Below are positions 45,457 through 55,668 of a DNA stretch of 64,000 nt, piece after piece (position 1 is the stretch's first letter; each line of letters begins with the position of its first letter). The DNA comes from Spirochaetales bacterium (GTDB lineage: Bacteria > Spirochaetota > Spirochaetia > JABEVK01): assembly GCA_037142615.1 (NCBI GenBank), contig JBAXAI010000009.1, forward strand, positions 1-64,000, in the 5' to 3' direction. The position numbers and the translations under genes were made by a program. The notes under the pieces are model-generated. The model was not told the DNA's origin. It did no database searches and saw nothing but the letters and a program-made list of their open reading frames with translations.

Positions 45457-46697
45457 TTTTTGCCCCCGGCGGTGAGACCCACCTTTTTCAGGCCGCGCTG
45501 GATGGTGGGCGACTTCATGACGGCCTTCCAAACCACGCCGCTGGCGAGGTTGGCCAACGACAGCACGGTGATGCCTTTGTCGATGCCGATGACATCGGGG
45601 TTGATCCACACGGGCGAGCTCTTCGGGTTAAAGGCGTCGGCAAACCCATAGGTGCCGCTGAGCCCCGGGACGGCGGCCAACGCGTCGGTGGCGCGGGCAA
45701 CCAACTCAGGCACGAACATGGCGCTTCCCAGAGGTCCGGCCGGGGCCAGCGTGCCGTCCACGAAGTGCTGGTCGTTATTGAACCCCGAAGGCGCCGAGCC
45801 GTAGCGGCCCTCGTAGCCGTGTTGCGAGTCGCTGGCGGTGTAGCCCCAAAGATCGGTTCCAGTGAACTTTTGAGCCGACACGCTGGCATCGACCGAGTTC
45901 TGCCACCAGTCTACCCCCTGCTTGTCCTTGAGTCCGCGGAAGTCGATGAAGGCGTGGCTGTACTGGTAGGTGAAGAGGCTTCCAAACCACGAGTTGATAA
46001 AGCCCCCGGAGCTTCTGTGGCGGGTGAACGCGTAAAACTCCTCGCCGGTCAGAGGAGTCTTGGTGTTGCCGGCGCCCAAAATGTACATGCCCAAGCCCTC
46101 GGCATAAAAGTCCCACTTGCCGTTGAACATCGGTTCGTCGGTCCACGACATAAACACCTGCTGGCTAACCTTGTTGGTGAACCGGAGCCAGTTCATGCCT
46201 TCGGCCAGAGCTTCGGCACGGGCTGCCAGGGCCGGCGAAAAGTACTGGCCGGCAGCGAGCGCCCCGAGAATCAGAAGCATGGAGTCGACGCTGCTCACCT
46301 CGCTTCCCGGCGACGGCCGCGAAGTTCGCATGTCGACAAAGTGGTACCAAAAGCCGAACTGGCGGTCCATTTTTTCGAGGGTGGTGAAGGTGCCGGCCAC
46401 GCGGACTTCGGCCTCTTTGCGATCGATCCAACCGGCATCGGCCGCCACCACGAGAGCCGCGAGCCCGAAACCCACGGAAGCCGTGCTGGCCAGATTGGCG
46501 TTGCCCGGCCAGCGGTCGCGGATCATGCCGTAGCCGGGCGAGTCCTTGCCGGTGTTGACCTGCTCGAGAAAAAACTTGGTCGAGAGCCTGAGCTCGGTCT
46601 GCTCGGCGGGCGTCAGTTTGGCCAGCCAGGCGGCCTCGGCAGACGAGGCCGGGCCGAGGAGAGCAACCAGCAGAAGGACAAAGGGGGTTCGGTTCAA
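45453..46697 (-). CDS. GH144 (glucoamylase-like, beta-1,2-glucanase family), with signal peptide
   Basis: TTG start with GGAG SD, MNRTPFVLLLVALLGPASSA; STASVGFG, FGFWYHF, EVSSVDS, LFTYQYSH, DGTLAP, IGIDKG. Confidence 0.85.
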   Translation of the reverse strand: MNRTPFVLLLVALLGPASSAEAAWLAKLTPAEQTELRLSTKFFLEQVNTGKDSPGYGMIRDRWPGNANLASTASVGFGLAALVVAADAGWIDRKEAEVRVAGTFTTLEKMDRQFGFWYHFVDMRTSRPSPGSEVSSVDSMLLILGALAAGQYFSPALAARAEALAEGMNWLRFTNKVSQQVFMSWTDEPMFNGKWDFYAEGLGMYILGAGNTKTPLTGEEFYAFTRHRSSGGFINSWFGSLFTYQYSHAFIDFRGLKDKQGVDWWQNSVDASVSAQKFTGTDLWGYTASDSQHGYEGRYGSAPSGFNNDQHFVDGTLAPAGPLGSAMFVPELVARATDALAAVPGLSGTYGFADAFNPKSSPVWINPDVIGIDKGITVLSLANLASGVVWKAVMKSPTIQRGLKKVGLTAGGKK

Positions 46698-48025
46698 GAG
46701 GCGCTCCTGGAGGTTCGGTTCGGGTTGAGTTCGGCCAGCTTCACGAAGCGGGCAATGAGATCGTCGAGGGCAAACGACGGGAAGCCCGTCAGGTAGGTAT
46801 GCGCCGTGTTCGCGAAGCCGCGGGTCCAGCGGTCGTCGATACCGGCCTTCCCGACGAGGGCACCCAGAAGGCTGCCAGCGGTGGCGGCCGTGCAGTCGTT
46901 GTCGAGGCCCATGGCCACCGTGTCGGAGATGGTCTTGGTGAAGTCGCCCTTGCCGAGGAGCAGGCCGAAAATGGTGAGGCAAGCGTTGTTCCGGGTGTGC
47001 GCCGAGGGCATTCCCGGGAAGCGCTCGTCGACGGCCTTCCGGGCCGCGAGGTAGTCGGAGAGGTTTGGACCGAGCTCGAGGGCCCAGCGCACGTCGCGGG
47101 CCAACTCGCAATCCGCCGGAATCTCGGAGAGCCCCACATCGAGGCAACCGCGCACCGTGGTTTCGCAGAAGGCGGCCGCCTGCGCTGCGGCCCAAAACAT
47201 CTCGCCGTAGACGCCGTTGCGACGGTGGCTGAGCCAGGCGTCCCGATAGGCGAGTTCAGCCGCCTGCTCGGGCCGACCGGCGCAGGCCCAGGCCCACCCG
47301 TCTGAGCGGATCGCGGCGCCGATGATGCCCGTCCACATGTTGTCCACCTCGCCGGTGAGGGTTGCGGGGACCCCGGCCTTCAGGTTCTTGAGGGCGATGT
47401 CCTCGGCGGTGCACGCGATGGGCAGGTGCTCGAGCCAAAAGGCGCCCACGTCGTCGGTGGTGAAGTCGAAGCCGTACTTTTCGAGCACCAGCAGGGCAAC
47501 TTGGGTGTAAATGAGGTCGTCGTCGACGGGCACGCCGTTCATGCCGGTCAGGCTGAAGGCCTTGCGGGGGCTGACCCCATAGTGCAGGCCTTCGGGGTCG
47601 GTGACCTCGTGCCAGTACTCGGTGGGGGGAAACGGCGTACCCGTCTGGCGGGCGAAGTCCTTCATCCTCTCGATGGGCCAGCCTTCTACCGGCAGCCCCA
47701 GGCAACAAGCGGCGAAGCGTCCGAGCACCGCGCCGGCCATCGTGTCCGCCAGAGTTTTGGGCTCGAGACGGTCAAGCAAGGTCCGTGGCCCCTGGGGCCG
47801 AAGAGCCCGAATTGCGGCCAAGTCGTTGGGCTCGCGCCGGGCCAACTCGGCCTCGGGCTCCAGGGCCACGATCTCGGCCACTGCGGCCTGAAGTTGGCCC
47901 TCGATGCGCGCGAACACCGCCGCAACAGCCTCGGTGCTCCCGCGCTCGCTCTGCTGCATGCCGAACTCGCGCATTTGCCACAGGTTGTGGTCCGCCTTCG
48001 AAAAGTCAGGGTATCGCATGGTCAC
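46694..48025 (-). CDS. ADP-ribosylglycohydrolase family protein
   Basis: LGLPVEGW, PVDDDLIY, TAEDIA, IGAAIRSD, NGVYGE, GLDNDCTAATAGS. Confidence 0.88.
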   Translation of the reverse strand: MTMRYPDFSKADHNLWQMREFGMQQSERGSTEAVAAVFARIEGQLQAAVAEIVALEPEAELARREPNDLAAIRALRPQGPRTLLDRLEPKTLADTMAGAVLGRFAACCLGLPVEGWPIERMKDFARQTGTPFPPTEYWHEVTDPEGLHYGVSPRKAFSLTGMNGVPVDDDLIYTQVALLVLEKYGFDFTTDDVGAFWLEHLPIACTAEDIALKNLKAGVPATLTGEVDNMWTGIIGAAIRSDGWAWACAGRPEQAAELAYRDAWLSHRRNGVYGEMFWAAAQAAAFCETTVRGCLDVGLSEIPADCELARDVRWALELGPNLSDYLAARKAVDERFPGMPSAHTRNNACLTIFGLLLGKGDFTKTISDTVAMGLDNDCTAATAGSLLGALVGKAGIDDRWTRGFANTAHTYLTGFPSFALDDLIARFVKLAELNPNRTSRSAS

Positions 48026-48906
48026 TCTCCTGTAATTCCAGCCTTGTCAATACTTTGCACAAACCATCGTTGCATAACCGCGTACAGAGCCAACAAGGGC
48101 GCGGTCGCCAGCAGCAGTCCGGCCATCCGCACGGCCTCGTTGATCTTGTCGACCGACCCGGTGGCACCGCCGGGGTAATGCTTCTCGAAGGCCGCCGTGA
48201 AGCGGTCGATCTGCAACGGAAGGGTCGTCCAGCCGTCGCCAAAGAACAGGCCCGACTGAGCCGTCTCGTTCCAGTACCACACCATTGAAAACAGGAAGGC
48301 GATGAGAAAGGCCGGCGCCATGAGCGGCACCGTGATGCGCAGGAACACCTTGGCGGCGCCCGCTCCATCGACCAGGGCTGATTCCTCGAGGCTCTTGGGA
48401 ATCATGCGCGCAAACTGGAAGAACAGCAGGATGAACAGCGAGGCACCGATGCCCTGAGCCAACAACGCGGGCACAACGGTCGAAGCGAGCCCTCCAAGCA
48501 GATTCAGGTCTTTGAACACCAGGAAGCGCGGGATGAGAAGCACCTGCGGGGGCAGTATGAACACCACGAGCATGAGCACAAAGGCTAGTCGACTGCCGGG
48601 AAAGGGGTAACGGGCAAACCCGGTTCCCACCAAGGCGCATACCAGCGTTTGGGCCAAGGCGGGGAGCAGGGCCGCCAGCAGCGTCAGGGTCAGCGTCGTC
48701 GGGAAGTTGAGCACCACCCAGGCCCTGGTGAAGTTAGCGACGTCGGGCTGGCGTGGCAGCCATTGCACCATGGGGTCGAGCAGGTCGGTAAGGCTCTTGA
48801 AACTGGTGGCCACCATGAACAGCAGGGGGTACAGGTACACGTAGGCTATGCCAGCGAGGACGGCGTAGAGCGCGATTCGAAGGCCCAAAGGACGAAGCCG
48901 CTTCAT
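48022..48906 (-). CDS. Carbohydrate ABC permease (MalG-like)
   Basis: IPKSLEESALVDGA. Confidence 0.9.
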   Translation of the reverse strand: MKRLRPLGLRIALYAVLAGIAYVYLYPLLFMVATSFKSLTDLLDPMVQWLPRQPDVANFTRAWVVLNFPTTLTLTLLAALLPALAQTLVCALVGTGFARYPFPGSRLAFVLMLVVFILPPQVLLIPRFLVFKDLNLLGGLASTVVPALLAQGIGASLFILLFFQFARMIPKSLEESALVDGAGAAKVFLRITVPLMAPAFLIAFLFSMVWYWNETAQSGLFFGDGWTTLPLQIDRFTAAFEKHYPGGATGSVDKINEAVRMAGLLLATAPLLALYAVMQRWFVQSIDKAGITGE

Positions 48907-49766
48907 TCGGGCCTCCGCTCACGGGCTGGCCGCAAAAGCCACACGCACAAGCCCAACAACAGCGTCGTCACCGCGAACTGGCTCCAAGCCAGAGCCGAAG
49001 CATAGCCAAAACCTGTGGCGACGTTGAACAGGTTGCTCGTGATGAGAAGGATGATTTCGTTTTCGCTGAAGGTGCTCATCTGAACGATGGTGTACAGCGC
49101 GTTCACCAGCATCAGGGGCTTGAGGGTCGGCAACGTGATCTTCCAGAAGCGTTCCCAGGCGTTGGCGCCGTCGATGGATGCGGCTTCGTTCATCGCGGGA
49201 TCGAGCTTTTGCAACGCGGCGAGGAACACCAGAATCTGCACGCCCGAGAACCAGAGGATGAGGATGAGCTGGCTGAAAAGCCAACTCAGCGGGTCGGCAA
49301 GGAACCCCGGCATCCAGTCGCGCAAGAAGGCCAGAATGCCGTATTTTTCGATCTGCGGGATGGTCGAGGCCCCCTGCGAGCTCAGTTCACGGATGAGCGG
49401 GCCGCTCATGATGACCACGGGCAAGAAGAACAACGTGCGGAACAGCCCCCGCAGAGGAAAGCTGCTCGAGAGCATCAGGGCGATCAGGCAGGCAAAGATG
49501 ACGATGACAGGCACCGCTACTAGCAAGTGCTGGAGGCTCGAGAGGAGTGCGGTGACGAACTCGGTGTCGGTAACAAAGGCCCAGGCGTAGTTGGCCAGGC
49601 CGACGTCCTTGGTGACAATGCCCTCGGTGTTGGTGATTTTCACTTCGGCCAGACTCAGCAGAAAAGAGCGAACCAAAGGGAAAACAGTGAGGAGCACAAA
49701 CCCGGCCAGCCAAGGGAGGTTGAAGGCCAGACCGGTCAGGGCGCGGCGAAGGTGCTTGAGGGTCAC
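48903..49766 (-). CDS. Carbohydrate ABC permease (MalF-like)
   Basis: EAASIDGANAWERFWKITLP. Confidence 0.9.
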   Translation of the reverse strand: MTLKHLRRALTGLAFNLPWLAGFVLLTVFPLVRSFLLSLAEVKITNTEGIVTKDVGLANYAWAFVTDTEFVTALLSSLQHLLVAVPVIVIFACLIALMLSSSFPLRGLFRTLFFLPVVIMSGPLIRELSSQGASTIPQIEKYGILAFLRDWMPGFLADPLSWLFSQLILILWFSGVQILVFLAALQKLDPAMNEAASIDGANAWERFWKITLPTLKPLMLVNALYTIVQMSTFSENEIILLITSNLFNVATGFGYASALAWSQFAVTTLLLGLCVWLLRPARERRPE

Positions 49767-51871
49767 GGGCGGGCCTCCTTGCCGGGCTTCAGGCTGTAGG
49801 TGTCGTCGCGGTAGTCAAGCACGAGTACCGACCCGTCGTCGAAGGTTTCGGTGACAACGGGCCCGGCTTCTTCGACGCGGCTGACCAGCGCGCGGGTTTG
49901 CACCAGGTCGAGCGCGGGAGCAATCCAGGCCAGGGCCTCTTTCAGGGGGCCCTTCCAGTCCGACCACGAACTGCTGAACAGACGCAGGGCACTCATCTCG
50001 AGTTTCCAGGTTGGCTCGGCGGTAAAATAGACGCTCGGCCCGAGCCCGAAGTCGACCATGCGCAACAGGTCGTGCGGCAGGTCTGGTGAGTAGTTTAGGT
50101 CGCCTCCGTACAGGGCCACCAACCCGTGGAGCAGGTTGGGAATAAACGGAACACTGGCCCCGCCCCAGCGCAGACCGGAAGACCAGGCCGGAAAGCCGAT
50201 GATCGAGCGCACCGTCGGTAGGGCCCATTGGGCAGGATCCAGCAGGGTCAGCTCGGCACCGCTGGACTGAACCAAGTTTTGCAGCAGGGCCCGGCGCTCC
50301 TCGAGGGCCCTGACGCGGCCGCCGCCACCTGAGTTTCCCCAACCGCTCAGGAGGCTCCCCTCGTCCCAGAGTGCGACACCGGCTCCGGTCGCCCTTGCAA
50401 ACGGAGCAAAGGCCCGAGCTTTCTCGGCCATGGCGGGCGGCGAGAGCAAAGTGAGAGCGGGGCGTTCGCCCTGGAAGTCAAACCGCAGGGCCGTCGTGTT
50501 GTACCGAAGGGCCGGGTCGGTCCAAAGATTCCAGCCGGGGTTGCCGTCGGTGGCCAACATCACGCTCCCAGCCAACTGAACCACGGGCACCTTCTTTTTC
50601 AGGTCGGCGACCAACTTGGCAAGCCCGTCGGCGGTGCCGGCAAAGCCCTTGCCCACTTGATTGGTGGCAGGCTGTCCCCAACCCTCGCCGCCATTCTGCC
50701 ACCCGGCGAGTACGATTTGCCCGGGGGCGCGGGCGAAGGTAGAGGCCTCGTCCACCAGGGCCCGGGCCTGCGCAGCTGTGGTCATCACGATTTCGCCGCG
50801 ACCAACGAGTTGCCCGGTCGAGGCCGCGCCCAGGAGGGTTAGGTTCCAGGAGGCGGGCCGTGTATCGATCTTCTGCACACCCGAGGCAAGCCAGGCCTTT
50901 CGCACGCGCTGGGCGAGTCCGAGCCAAGTGGCCTGTTCGCCGGCAACAAAGCGATACAGCACCGAAAGATCCGTCTTCTGGCGCTCAACAGGCACTACCG
51001 TGATTCCGGCGCCGGTTCGTGCGGTTGGCTGAACGTAGGGCTTGCGGACCTGAAAGCTGGCCGTCAACCACGTGAACCCCGTCGTCACTCCGGCAGGCCA
51101 GGCTTGGATGGAGGCGAGCTCGCCGCCGGAAACCAGTTCAGCAACCCAAGCCGCTTTGTGCTCTTCGCGGACAAGACCATACACCGGCCACTGAACCCTG
51201 TCCCAACTGTTCCAGCTCGGCTCGGTGCCGTCGGCCATATCGACGCCCCACACAGGCTTGACCCAGGCCTCGCTTCCCGTCGGGGCTTTTTCCCGGAAAG
51301 GAACCAGCGTCCCGGGGCCATCGGGAAGAACCAGATAGCCCTTCGGGTCGGCGCCCTTGGCGGCTCCGAGGAAGGGGTAAAGCCAGACGCGGGCGAGCCG
51401 GTTGTCGCCGCCGTCGCGCACACCGTTCGCGGGAACCCGCACCAAAATACCGTCGTCGGCCACGGTAACCTCGACGTCGAGCTCGATGCCGCTCTGCGCG
51501 AACTTGACGGTGCCTCGGGCCCCACCGGGAAGTTCGGTCACACTGACCACGGACCCCTCGGTGGCGGCGCTGGCCCTACGGGTCACAACTGCGGCCTTGG
51601 GGTACCAGTCGATCGAGACGCCGCTCTTGGCAAATCCGGCCCAGGCGTCGTTCAGGTCAGCCAACTGAGCTTCGGGAGGCGCAGAGTTCCAGAGAACCCG
51701 GTTGCGGCTGTCAGTGACCTGGATGGACAGGTCCACAGGGCTCATGCGAAGGGTCAGGGGTTGGGCCGACAGCCCGAAGGAAAGCAAGAAGAGACCTGCG
51801 GTGAGGGCTGCCGGAAAGCCGGACCGGCAGGACTTTTGGCACTGGCGGGACTGGCGACTAGCGTCTCGCAT
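49763..51871 (-). CDS. DUF5696-like large exported protein
   Basis: N-terminal hydrophobic segment; LYPFLGA, GYLVLPDGPG, PVYG, GWQNGG, VPFIPNLLHG; typical position after a YIP1/NHL gene. Confidence 0.7.
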   Translation of the reverse strand: MRDASRQSRQCQKSCRSGFPAALTAGLFLLSFGLSAQPLTLRMSPVDLSIQVTDSRNRVLWNSAPPEAQLADLNDAWAGFAKSGVSIDWYPKAAVVTRRASAATEGSVVSVTELPGGARGTVKFAQSGIELDVEVTVADDGILVRVPANGVRDGGDNRLARVWLYPFLGAAKGADPKGYLVLPDGPGTLVPFREKAPTGSEAWVKPVWGVDMADGTEPSWNSWDRVQWPVYGLVREEHKAAWVAELVSGGELASIQAWPAGVTTGFTWLTASFQVRKPYVQPTARTGAGITVVPVERQKTDLSVLYRFVAGEQATWLGLAQRVRKAWLASGVQKIDTRPASWNLTLLGAASTGQLVGRGEIVMTTAAQARALVDEASTFARAPGQIVLAGWQNGGEGWGQPATNQVGKGFAGTADGLAKLVADLKKKVPVVQLAGSVMLATDGNPGWNLWTDPALRYNTTALRFDFQGERPALTLLSPPAMAEKARAFAPFARATGAGVALWDEGSLLSGWGNSGGGGRVRALEERRALLQNLVQSSGAELTLLDPAQWALPTVRSIIGFPAWSSGLRWGGASVPFIPNLLHGLVALYGGDLNYSPDLPHDLLRMVDFGLGPSVYFTAEPTWKLEMSALRLFSSSWSDWKGPLKEALAWIAPALDLVQTRALVSRVEEAGPVVTETFDDGSVLVLDYRDDTYSLKPGKEARP

Positions 51872-53912
51872 GGGCTTGTGCCTCCGAAAACAGGCTGGTG
51901 AGGAAGCCTGCAAGCTGGTCCCAAAGGACATAAAGAAAGCCGGCGACGAGGGCCAGGATGAGCGCCGCGAACACGGTGAGAAGCACATTCTTGACCATTT
52001 GCCGGAAACTGAAGCCGTGAAGTTCGGCCAGACCGGCAAGCCCCAGGCTCACGCTCCAGCCCCAGGCTGCGGCGGCACCGAAGTCGAGCAAAAAAGCCTC
52101 CTGAAGCGAAAGTGCGCGTGAAACGACAGCGAAAACGGGCCAACTTATGACGAGGGGAACCAGCGAAAGCGCCAACACCGACAGGACCTGCGTTCCTTTG
52201 CCGTTGCCAAAGTCGAGCGTCGAGACCAGCCAGTTCGCCAGTGCGACCACGACGACTGGCACGATCAGCACCAGCAATTCGGTGGTGAGGTTGAGCCACT
52301 CGAGGTCGGGACGGGCAAACAGCCAGCTTGCCAGCCAGTAACTGGCGAGGTGGAGAAGGGTCGCGCCAAGCAACACCAGCAACGCCGCCGTCGGGCCGAA
52401 CACCTGGTGGCGACGGATGGCCGTGGCACCGTCGAGCGGGTGCAGGGCGAACCAACCGACAAACTGCAACCGCAGGGTCAACTTCTCTTGCCAAGTGGTG
52501 CCCGTGCTCAACTGCCACGGAAGAATACGGCGGTACACGGGAATCTCGAGGCGGGGATGAGCCTTGCGGTGGCGCGAGGCGAACCATGACCACACGGACA
52601 AGACCAGCAGGAGTGTTCCGAAGGTAGGAGCCAGATATTGCCCGAACCAGCGGTCCCGCAGTTCCCGGAACGAGTCGGACCAACCCTGACGGCCGTTGCC
52701 GCGCTCAAACGAACCCAACGCGGTTTCGTAGTCACCCGCGAGGAACTGGCCGCGCGCGATGCCCTGATGCGCCAGGGCAAATAAGGCGTCACGGGCAAGA
52801 ACCTGTTCCCAGAGGCCCCGGCTTTCGAGGTATTTGCCCTGCTCGTGCAGGTCGAGGCCCTGGTACACGAGGCGGGCGAAGGCGGTCGGCACCGCGTGAA
52901 TGAGCAGGCCGCGCGCGTTATCGAGAAGGAGCAGGCTGCCGTCGGGCAAGGCTGCCAGACCGCTGGCCGACTTCACGCCACCGGCCAACTGCGGGTCGGC
53001 ACTCGCGCTGAAGCCGAAGATGATGTTGCCCTCGCGGTCGTGCACGGTGACGAAACCGCCGGCGTTGACGGTCAGGAGATGCCCCTGCGCGTCGGTGGCG
53101 ACGTCGGCCAAGGACTTGCTGCCGGTGTAACCGCTGGCCAAGAGGTTGGAGCCGGCGACGTTGAGCCGCCGAAGTCCGGCCTTATCACCCTTGGTAACGG
53201 TGAGGATGAGCCCTTCCTGATCCAGCGACAGGTTGTCCGGCGACGGTGGGACCGAGCTCAGCAACCGGGCCTGCTGTTCCTTGTTGAAAATCAACCGCTG
53301 AAAGAGAAGTTGTAAGTCGAGCTTGACCGGATTCACCCCGTAGTAACCTAAGAACTCGCCGACACTGGACAAGACCACCAGGCCGTTGCTTGAGCCCTGG
53401 CTCATGACGGTGACCGTGCCCTGATGGTCGACCACCAGTTTGCGGGGCTTGAACTCACGTTTCTCGCCAAAGAGTTTGGAGTCGGGTCGGCCTAACTGGA
53501 GAAGGCGCTCACCTTGCTGGGACCACGCCGAGACCGTGTCGTCGCCCGCGTCGGCCACCCACAAGCGTCCATCGGGGCCAAAGGCAACACCGGAGGGCTT
53601 TTGCAGCGTCCCTTCGCCGACGGTGACCCAGTTCCAGCCTGCTTCGGCGGGTGTGCCCAGTTGCAGGCGGCCGTTCCCGGTGTCGGCGACCAAAATGCGC
53701 CCCGCGGCGTCCGTGGCCACGTCTTCGGGGTCGGCCAGCCCCAGCGGAAGCTCGAGGTCGGGTGCAGGCAGGTAGGCGGTGGGACTGCCCACCCACCAGC
53801 CGAGGCGGCCGCTGGTCCAGGTCCACCACGGCGCGGTCTGCGCTGCGAGCGAGCCGCCCAACAGGAGGGCCAGTGCCAGCGCGCGGCCGGCCGCCCAATT
53901 CGGGCCCCTCAT
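51858..53912 (-). CDS. NHL-repeat beta-propeller + TPR + YIP1-like membrane domain protein
   Basis: PEDVATD...ILVADTGNGR, PSGVAFGPDGRLWVAD, a TPR-like segment, HPLDG and C-terminal TM helices. Confidence 0.8.
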   Translation of the reverse strand: MRGPNWAAGRALALALLLGGSLAAQTAPWWTWTSGRLGWWVGSPTAYLPAPDLELPLGLADPEDVATDAAGRILVADTGNGRLQLGTPAEAGWNWVTVGEGTLQKPSGVAFGPDGRLWVADAGDDTVSAWSQQGERLLQLGRPDSKLFGEKREFKPRKLVVDHQGTVTVMSQGSSNGLVVLSSVGEFLGYYGVNPVKLDLQLLFQRLIFNKEQQARLLSSVPPSPDNLSLDQEGLILTVTKGDKAGLRRLNVAGSNLLASGYTGSKSLADVATDAQGHLLTVNAGGFVTVHDREGNIIFGFSASADPQLAGGVKSASGLAALPDGSLLLLDNARGLLIHAVPTAFARLVYQGLDLHEQGKYLESRGLWEQVLARDALFALAHQGIARGQFLAGDYETALGSFERGNGRQGWSDSFRELRDRWFGQYLAPTFGTLLLVLSVWSWFASRHRKAHPRLEIPVYRRILPWQLSTGTTWQEKLTLRLQFVGWFALHPLDGATAIRRHQVFGPTAALLVLLGATLLHLASYWLASWLFARPDLEWLNLTTELLVLIVPVVVVALANWLVSTLDFGNGKGTQVLSVLALSLVPLVISWPVFAVVSRALSLQEAFLLDFGAAAAWGWSVSLGLAGLAELHGFSFRQMVKNVLLTVFAALILALVAGFLYVLWDQLAGFLTSLFSEAQAHARR

Positions 53913-54775
53913 TTGATCCCCGAGCGGGCCATGGTGTTCATCACGCGGCCCTGGAACACGATGAAGACGATGAGGTTGGGCACAAACATGAGCAGCGATG
54001 CGGCCGCGGCCATACCCTGCCCGGCCACGGTCGTTCCGCTCGAACTCGCCAGCGTACCCAAGTAGAACGCCAGAGTCTTGAGGTCTTCACCATCCACAAA
54101 CAACGAGCTGGTTTCGGCATTGTTCCACGCGGCCTGGAAGCTCAGGATGGCCACCGTCGACAACGCGGGAGCGACCAGCGGCACAATCACCTGAAAGAAA
54201 ATGCGCGCGTCGCCGGCGCCGTCGATGCGGGCGGCTTCGATGAGCTCGTCGGGCACTTGATCGACGAATTGCTTGATGAGGAACACCCCCACCGGCATGG
54301 CCAACAGCGGCAGGATGTGGGCGAACACCGTGTCGAGGATGCCCAGTTGGCTCATCACCAGGTAGCGTGGAATGGTCACCGCGATAGGCAGGAACATCAG
54401 GGCCAGGGTGTTGATCTCGAACAGCAGTGACCTGGCGCCGAACTTTTTCTTCGACAGCGCATACGCGGCCAGGCTGCCGGTGAGCACCGAGAGCACCACG
54501 ACACTCAGGCTCACCACGAGGCTGTTGGCCAGGTAGCGGCTGAAGGGAATACCTCCCTTATCGATTTGACCGAACAGGTCGCTGAAGTTCTGCAGCGTCG
54601 GATGCCCGGGGATGAACACCGGCGGAAAGGCGAACAGTTCGTCGAGCGGCTTGAACGCGTGGAACACGATGAACAGGATGGGCAACGCCATGAACAGCGC
54701 CAGCGGGAACAAAAACAGGTAGAGGGGAAGCTGCGCCTTGTGAAAACGTTCGGGGTTGAAGCGGGCGTGTTTCAT
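53909..54775 (-). CDS. Carbohydrate ABC permease (MalG-like)
   Basis: VPDELIEAARIDGA. Confidence 0.9.
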   Translation of the reverse strand: MKHARFNPERFHKAQLPLYLFLFPLALFMALPILFIVFHAFKPLDELFAFPPVFIPGHPTLQNFSDLFGQIDKGGIPFSRYLANSLVVSLSVVVLSVLTGSLAAYALSKKKFGARSLLFEINTLALMFLPIAVTIPRYLVMSQLGILDTVFAHILPLLAMPVGVFLIKQFVDQVPDELIEAARIDGAGDARIFFQVIVPLVAPALSTVAILSFQAAWNNAETSSLFVDGEDLKTLAFYLGTLASSSGTTVAGQGMAAAASLLMFVPNLIVFIVFQGRVMNTMARSGIK

Positions 54776-54777
54776 GC

Positions 54778-55668
54778 TCAGTCCTCCTTGTTCCCGAAGG
54801 TTTTCCAGGCCAGGCGGGCCACGATCCAGACGAGACCCAGCAGGACCACCGACACGGCAGCCGCGTAGCCCATCTCGTAGCGGAAGAAGCCGTAGTCCTC
54901 GATGTGGTTGACGATGAGCTGGCCGGCGTTCTGCGGCGTGGGGTTTTGACCCGACAATTGTACACCGATGGCGCCTGCCTGGAAGGTCCCGACGACAGCC
55001 ATGACGGCCCCGAAGAGCATCTGTGGCTGCATGCTCGGCAGCGTGATGTACACCGTCTCCTGAAAGCGGTTCTTGATTCCGTCGAGAGCGCCGGCCTCGT
55101 ACAACTGCGGATCAACATTGAGCACGCCGGCGAGCATCGCCAGAAACCCGACGCCCATGCTCCCCCAAATGGTCACAACCATCATGATGGGCATCAGGAA
55201 CAGGGGATTCGTGAGAAACTGCACAGGCTCGCGCAAGAGCCCGGCGTTGAGCAACAGGCTGTTGAGGTACCCCACCTGGTCGCCCGAGAACACGATGGAC
55301 CACACCACCGAGATGATGACGCCACCGGTCAGCGACGGCGCGTAGATGAACAGGCTGAGAATGGTGCGCGGGAGGCGCGGAACCTGAGCCAACGCCCAGG
55401 CCAGCACAAAGCTCAACAAATAGCCGCCGAGCCCTGCTACAATGGCGAACTGCAGTGTGTTGGGCAGTACGTTCTTCATGAAGGTCTCATCCTGCGTGAA
55501 CAGGCGAACGTAGTTGTCGAGACCGATGAAGCGCGGGGGTTGCAGCGTGTTGAACCACGTGAAGCTCAGCGCGATGGCCGCCAGCGTGGGAATCAAGATG
55601 AAAATGGCAAACAGGAGCCAGTAGGGTGCCAGCAGCACCAGCACGGTGGGGTCAAACTTCTTCTTCAT
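54778..55668 (-). CDS. Carbohydrate ABC permease (MalF-like)
   Basis: [25 protein letters not shown]; start MKKKFD. Confidence 0.9.
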   Translation of the reverse strand: MKKKFDPTVLVLLAPYWLLFAIFILIPTLAAIALSFTWFNTLQPPRFIGLDNYVRLFTQDETFMKNVLPNTLQFAIVAGLGGYLLSFVLAWALAQVPRLPRTILSLFIYAPSLTGGVIISVVWSIVFSGDQVGYLNSLLLNAGLLREPVQFLTNPLFLMPIMMVVTIWGSMGVGFLAMLAGVLNVDPQLYEAGALDGIKNRFQETVYITLPSMQPQMLFGAVMAVVGTFQAGAIGVQLSGQNPTPQNAGQLIVNHIEDYGFFRYEMGYAAAVSVVLLGLVWIVARLAWKTFGNKED

